Position numbers and translations under genes: made by a program
In this document: positions 58,861 to 64,000 of the stretch, piece by piece
Numbering within the stretch: position 1 is the stretch's first letter
Layout: each line of letters opens with the position of its first letter
The notes under the pieces: generated by a model
Databases searched by the model: none
What the model was told of the DNA's origin: nothing
The model's input: only the letters and a program-made list of their open reading frames with translations
Assembly: GCA_963675595.2 (NCBI GenBank)
Contig: CAXXLZ010000002.1
Coordinates: 896,001 to 960,000 of the forward strand
Reading direction: 5' to 3'
Length of the DNA: 64,000 nt
DNA from: Thermodesulfobacteriota bacterium
GTDB taxonomy: Bacteria > Desulfobacterota > Desulfarculia > JACQYL01

Positions 58861-61800
58861 TTAGTGATTCGACTTTGCGCGTTGCCTCGCAGCCAGGAGA
58901 TCGGCAAGGGATTCTCGTGTAAGCTGTTCGGCCTTGCGGTTCCATTCGGCGTCCCCGTAATAACTCACGGAAACCTCGTTCGCGAACGCTTTGCCCGTGT
59001 GTAAATCCACCAGGGCGGTGTATATTTTGGAATCAATGGTCGGACTGTACGGATTTTCTGCGGTGAGTCGGACCGCGTAGGAAATGACTGCGTCCGCCCC
59101 TGCCGCCGCTCCCAAGCTTCGCATGGTTTCCGTGTCGGGTCGCGGATCGTTTTCAGACCATCTGTGAGTCCAGACACCGGTTGACCGGGTCTTTTCATTC
59201 AAGATCGGAGTACCAACGAGCGCGGGGTGGAATCCGGCGAAATCGTACGCGGAGGCAACGGCCGTGATTTTGACAAACCCGGGCAAGATTTCAGATAGAG
59301 CTTTGAGAAAGTAATTCAGAAGGCGGTCGTGTTCTGTCGGAAGATCAAAGGGCAGGATCACCAGCTTGACGTTGGAATCCACAGCCGGTTTGACGGCCGG
59401 CCGCTGATCGTCGGCTTTCACAGCGGCAGCCGGTTCAGGCTTTTTCCCGATCGATACGGAAACATGATGCGATCTTGCGCGTTGCCTCGCGGCAAGAAAA
59501 TCGGCAAAGGATACTCGTGTGAGTTGTTCTGCCTTGCGGTTCCATTCGGCGTCTCCGTAATAACTCACGGAAACCTCGTTCACGAACGCTTCGCCCGTAT
59601 GTACATTCACCAGGGCGGTGCATATCTTGGAATCAATGGTCGGGCTGTACGGATTTTCTGCGGAGAGTCGGACCGCGTAGGAAATGACTGCGTCCGCCCC
59701 TGCCGCCGCGCCCAAGCTTCGCATGGCTTCCGTGTCGGGTCGTGGATCGTTTTCAGACCATATGTGGTTCAAGACACCGCTTGACCGGGTCTTTTCATTC
59801 AAGTTCGGAGTGTCAGCGAGCGCAGGGTGGAATCCGGCGAAATCATACGCGGAGGCAACGGCCGTGATGTCGGCATGACCGGGCAAAATTTCAGATAGGG
59901 CTTTGAGAAAGTACTTCAGATGGCGGTCGTGTTCTGTCGGAAGATCAAAGGGCAGGATCACCAGCTTGACGTTGGAATCCACAGCCGGTTTGACGGCCGG
60001 CCGCTGATCGTCGGCTTTCAGAGCGGCAGCCGGTTCGGGCTCTTTTCCCATCGATATGGGAGACGGCTCGAAAGCGAGCAAATCCCCCTCTTGCTGAGCC
60101 CGTTTTCTTGACACGGCCACGGCTTCTCTTACAGCTTCCGCTTTGGCCCGGATCGCCGGGCTACAATCCAACAGGTCCTTTTTGCCTTGAAGTAACTTCT
60201 CCAGTGTCGCTTGCACCTGCCCGCATGCTTCCAAGCTCTCGCAACTGGTCCCCTTCCCGGCCAGGTCTTCCAGTTTTCCCAGAAGAATCCCTTCTCGGCA
60301 GGACGCCATGCGACTGGTCACATGCGCTCGTGCCGCCTCGTTGAACGAGGAGAGTTCTCTGCAAGCGGACAGCTGTTCGATCTCCCCAAGGGCCCTCTCG
60401 TACAGCTCTTTTCCCTGCTCGAAACGACCCTGTTTCTCGGCCTTGTTCGCAGCGTCCAGCAAACCCGTCAGCCGTTTATGCGCCTCCAACAAGTCTCGAT
60501 AGCTCTTAACGGTTTCGGACTGGTATCCGCGTGTCTCCGAGTATCTCACGTACTCCGAGATGAGCTTCCCCAGCTCGTCCGTTTCAGCCCCGCCGTACCC
60601 CGGCGACTTGAAGGAAATCCTATCCAACGACTCCTTCATCTCCCTCGCGATCCGGAGCAATTCCCACTCTTCCTGCGCCTTTCTTTTAGACACTGCCGCC
60701 GCTGCTCTTATGGCTTCCGCTTTGGCCCGGATCGCCGAGCTGGATTCCACCAACTCCTTTTGGCCTTGGAGCAACTTCTCCAGAGCAGTGTGCACTGCCC
60801 CGCATGCTTCAACACTCCTACACCTGGAAGCGTCACCGGCCAAATCCTCCAGTTGCGCCAAAAGCATCCCTTCGCGGCACGACGCCAGCCTGCCTCTTAC
60901 GTACTCTCCCGCCGCCTCATTAAAGGAGGCGATTTCCTTGTGGGAAGACAGCTGTTCGATTTCCCCAAGGGCCTTTTCGTAGAGTTCCTCGCCCTGCTCG
61001 AACCGTCCTTGATTCTCAGCCTTTTCCGCCGCATCCAGAAGACCCGTCAGCCGTTTATGGGCCTCGATCAGATCATTATAGCTTTTGGCGGTTTCGGGCT
61101 TGTATCCTTGGGTACTCGAGTACTTCCCGTATTTCGATACCAGACTGCCCAGCTCATTCATCTCATCCGAACCGTATCCCGGCGATTGGAAGGACACCTT
61201 TCCAAACAACTCATCCATTTCCCTCACGATGCTGGCCAGCTCTCCCTCTGCCAGCGCCCGTCTTTTGGAAGCGGCCACGGCTCTTTCTAAGGCTTCAGCT
61301 TTGGTCCGGACGGCCGAACTGGAATCCATTAGTTCCTTTTGGCCTTGGAGCAGCTTCTCCAGAGCCGTTTTCAACTCCCCGCACGCTTTGACGCTCCCGC
61401 ATTCCGAGGCCCTGCTCCCCAAATCCTCCAAGCGCCCCAAGAGGACCCCCTCGCTGCAGGACTGCATGCGACTCCTCACATGTCGTTGTGCCGCGTCGAT
61501 GAAGGTCGCCGGCGCCTTGTAGGCGGACAGGCCTTCGACCTCCATGAGCGCCTTCTCGTAGAGTTCCTCGCCCTGATCGAACCGTCCCTGATTCTCCGCC
61601 TTTTCGGCCGCATCCAGAAGCTCCGTCAGCCGTTTATGTCCCTCGATCAGATCATTATAGCTTTTGGCGGTTTCGGCCTGGTATCCTTGGGTACTCGAGT
61701 ACTTCCCGTATTTCGAGACCAGACTGCCCAGCTTATCCATCTCAGCCGAACCGTATCCCGGCGATTGGAAGGACACCTTTCCCAACAACTCATCCATTTC

Positions 61801-64000
61801 CCTCACAGTGCGGGCCAGCTCACCCTCTCGTTCCGCCCGTCCTCTCGATGCGGCCACGGCTTCTCTCACGGCTTCGGCTTTGGACCGAATGGCCGAACTG
61901 GAGTCCATTAGTTCCTTTTGGTCTTTGAGCAGCTTCTCCAAATCCGTTTGCACGTCCCCGCACGCTTTGACGCTTCCGCATTTGGACGCACCACCGGCCA
62001 AATCCTCCAAGCGCCCCAAGAGGACCCCCTCGCTGTAGGACTGCATGCGACTCCTCACATGCCGTTGTGCCGCATCATTGAACGTCGCCATTTCCTTGTG
62101 AACGGACAGCCCTCGCATTTCTTCCAGCGCCTTCTCATAGAGCTCCTTGCCCTGTTCGAACCGTCCTTGATTCTCAGCCTTTTCCGCCGCATCCAGAAGA
62201 CCCGTCAGCCGTTTATGCGCCTCGGTCAGGTCTTGGTAGTTCTTTGCAGTCTTGGAACTGTACCCCCGGATGCCCGAGTACTTCCCATATTTCGAGACCA
62301 GCTCGCCCAGCTTATCCATCTCAGCCGAACCGTATCCCGGCGATTGGAAGGACACCTTTCCCAACAACTCATCCATTTCCCTCACGATGCGGGCCAGCTC
62401 TCCTTCTCGTTCCACCCGTCCTCTCGATGCGGCCACGGCTTCTCTCACAGCTTCGGCTTTGGACCGGACGGCCGAACTGGAATCCACCACGGCCTTCCGG
62501 CTTAGGAGCAGGTTGTCCAGCGCCGTTTTCACTTCCCCGCACGCCGCCACGCTCCCGCATTCGGAGGCTCTACTCCCCAAATCCTCCAGTTGCGCCAAAA
62601 GCATCCCTTCGCGGCACGACGCCAGCCTGCCTCTTACGTACTCTCCCGCCGCCTCATTAAACGAGGCGAGTTCCTTGTGGGAAGACAGCTGTTCGATTTC
62701 CCCAAGGGCCTTCTCGTAGAGTTCCTCGCCCTGCGCGAACCGTCCTTGATTCTCCGCCCTTTCCGCCGCATCCAGAAGATCCGTCAGCCGTTTATGCGCC
62801 TCGATCAGGTCTTGGCAGCTCTTCGCGGTCTTGGAACTGTACCCCCGGGTGCCCGAGTACTTCCCATACTCCAATAACAGCTTGGCCAACTTGTTCATCT
62901 CATCCGAACCGTATCCCGGCGATTGGAAGGACACCTTCCCCAACATCTCTTCCATCTCCCTCACAGTGCGGGCCAGCTCTCCCTCTGCCAGCGCCCGTCT
63001 TTTCGAAGCGGCCACGGTTTCTCGTACGGCCTTCGCTTTGGACTGAATCGCCGAACTAGTCTCTACCAAGTCTTTTTGCTCCTCAAGCAGCCACTCCAGG
63101 TCAACACGCTCTCGTTCGCAAAATTCCACGCTCGCGCACCCGGACGCTCTACGAAGCAAATTCTCCAGTTGCCCCAAGAGAATCCCCTCGCGGCACGACC
63201 GTATCCCGTCCCTCACGTATGCTAATGCGCCGGCATTGAACGTCGCCATTTCCTTGTGAACGGACAGCCCTTGCATTTCTTCCACCGCCTTCTCATAGAG
63301 CTCCTTGCCCTGCTCGAACCGACCTTGCTTACCGGCCTTGTCCGCTTCGTCAAGTAAACTCGCCATCCGTTTGTGCGTTTCCAACACTTCTCGGTAGCTC
63401 TTGGCCGTTTCGGACCGGTATCCGCGTGTCTCCGAGTATCTCACGTACTCCGAGAGGAGCTTACCCAGCTTGTCCGTTTCAGCCCCGCCGTACCCCGGCG
63501 ACTTGAAGGAAATCCTATCCAACGACTCCTTCATCTCCCTCGCGATCCGGAGCAATTCCCACTCTTCCTGCGCCTTTCTTTTCGACACTGCCGCCGCTGC
63601 TCTTATGGCTTCCGCTTTGGCCCGAATCGCCGAGCTGGATTCCACCAACTCCTTTTGGCCTTGGAGCAACTTCTCCAGAGTCGTTTGGATTCCCTCACAC
63701 GCCTTCACGCCGCCACACTTGGCGGCCTTCCCGGCCAGATCGTCCAGTTGTCCCAAAAGAATCCCTTCACGACACGACGCCGTGCGGCTCATCACATGCT
63801 TCCTTGCCGCGTCGCTGAAGGAAGCCGGCACCTCATGTCCGGACAGGCTTTCGATTTCCCTGAGCGCCTTCTCGTACAGCTCCTTGCCCTGCTCGAACCG
63901 CCCCTCATTCTCCGCTTCGTCCGCAGCGTTCAAAATACTCGTCAAACGCTCGTACCTAGCAAGCAGTTCCTGGTAACTTTTAATCGTTTCGGCTCGGTAC
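58861..64000 (-). CDS. Second giant 193-aa-repeat protein (5' end outside the window) with two C-terminal 200-aa CsgG/TolB_N-like domains
   Basis: 579-bp period (61178, 61757, 62336, 62915); 600-bp duplication 58861-59460 / 59461-60060 with VILPFD...GADAVI...LVD. Confidence 0.85.
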   Translation of the reverse strand, partial: YRAETIKSYQELLARYERLTSILNAADEAENEGRFEQGKELYEKALREIESLSGHEVPASFSDAARKHVMSRTASCREGILLGQLDDLAGKAAKCGGVKACEGIQTTLEKLLQGQKELVESSSAIRAKAEAIRAAAAVSKRKAQEEWELLRIAREMKESLDRISFKSPGYGGAETDKLGKLLSEYVRYSETRGYRSETAKSYREVLETHKRMASLLDEADKAGKQGRFEQGKELYEKAVEEMQGLSVHKEMATFNAGALAYVRDGIRSCREGILLGQLENLLRRASGCASVEFCERERVDLEWLLEEQKDLVETSSAIQSKAKAVRETVAASKRRALAEGELARTVREMEEMLGKVSFQSPGYGSDEMNKLAKLLLEYGKYSGTRGYSSKTAKSCQDLIEAHKRLTDLLDAAERAENQGRFAQGEELYEKALGEIEQLSSHKELASFNEAAGEYVRGRLASCREGMLLAQLEDLGSRASECGSVAACGEVKTALDNLLLSRKAVVDSSSAVRSKAEAVREAVAASRGRVEREGELARIVREMDELLGKVSFQSPGYGSAEMDKLGELVSKYGKYSGIRGYSSKTAKNYQDLTEAHKRLTGLLDAAEKAENQGRFEQGKELYEKALEEMRGLSVHKEMATFNDAAQRHVRSRMQSYSEGVLLGRLEDLAGGASKCGSVKACGDVQTDLEKLLKDQKELMDSSSAIRSKAEAVREAVAASRGRAEREGELARTVREMDELLGKVSFQSPGYGSAEMDKLGSLVSKYGKYSSTQGYQAETAKSYNDLIEGHKRLTELLDAAEKAENQGRFDQGEELYEKALMEVEGLSAYKAPATFIDAAQRHVRSRMQSCSEGVLLGRLEDLGSRASECGSVKACGELKTALEKLLQGQKELMDSSSAVRTKAEALERAVAASKRRALAEGELASIVREMDELFGKVSFQSPGYGSDEMNELGSLVSKYGKYSSTQGYKPETAKSYNDLIEAHKRLTGLLDAAEKAENQGRFEQGEELYEKALGEIEQLSSHKEIASFNEAAGEYVRGRLASCREGMLLAQLEDLAGDASRCRSVEACGAVHTALEKLLQGQKELVESSSAIRAKAEAIRAAAAVSKRKAQEEWELLRIAREMKESLDRISFKSPGYGGAETDELGKLISEYVRYSETRGYQSETVKSYRDLLEAHKRLTGLLDAANKAEKQGRFEQGKELYERALGEIEQLSACRELSSFNEAARAHVTSRMASCREGILLGKLEDLAGKGTSCESLEACGQVQATLEKLLQGKKDLLDCSPAIRAKAEAVREAVAVSRKRAQQEGDLLAFEPSPISMGKEPEPAAALKADDQRPAVKPAVDSNVKLVILPFDLPTEHDRHLKYFLKALSEILPGHADITAVASAYDFAGFHPALADTPNLNEKTRSSGVLNHIWSENDPRPDTEAMRSLGAAAGADAVISYAVRLSAENPYSPTIDSKICTALVNVHTGEAFVNEVSVSYYGDAEWNRKAEQLTRVSFADFLAARQRARSHHVSVSIGKKPEPAAAVKADDQRPAVKPAVDSNVKLVILPFDLPTEHDRLLNYFLKALSEILPGFVKITAVASAYDFAGFHPALVGTPILNEKTRSTGVWTHRWSENDPRPDTETMRSLGAAAGADAVISYAVRLTAENPYSPTIDSKIYTALVDLHTGKAFANEVSVSYYGDAEWNRKAEQLTRESLADLLAARQRAKSNH

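Noticed and set aside
47634-63976. Many plus-strand ORFs opposite the giant repeat and PKD-FGE genes
   Set aside because: Antisense shadows that recur with the repeat period

Overview
Bacterial accessory region (moderately GC-rich; Desulfobacterota-like by gene content, which is an inference), heavily hit by IS elements. Left to right: (1) the 3' end of a PD-(D/E)XK nuclease + HerA/FtsK ATPase gene (DptH-like). (2) Nested IS21 elements, then a degenerate FGE-sulfatase (CLec-fold) gene ending in a DGR-like variable repeat. (3) A ~23 kb integrase-less island (~7.7-31.2 kb). Its core is archaeal in character: an Orc1/Cdc6 initiator next to an AT-rich region with ORB-like boxes, and BRE-TATA-like promoters about 30 nt upstream of start codons that lack a Shine-Dalgarno. 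It also carries a Cas4-like nuclease/DUF87 ATPase operon and a bacterial-style module (RadC/JAB, DUF2958, AAA ATPase split by a complete group II intron, DUF1257, DUF2997, DUF3150). (4) recD2 destroyed by IS256 and IS21, followed by IS1634 and IS3. (5) A minus-strand cluster of predicted exported proteins: two beta-propellers, a lipoprotein, PEGA-FGE, a coiled-coil/TssJ fusion, DUF4398, two giant proteins built from an exact 579-bp (193-aa) repeat, and two tandem PKD-FGE genes. The 3' ends of the PKD-FGE genes show the codon-position-1/2 signature of diversity-generating retroelement targets, but no TR or DGR RT is present in the window. No tRNA, rRNA or CRISPR array was seen. All family assignments are by-eye motif recognition, not database hits.
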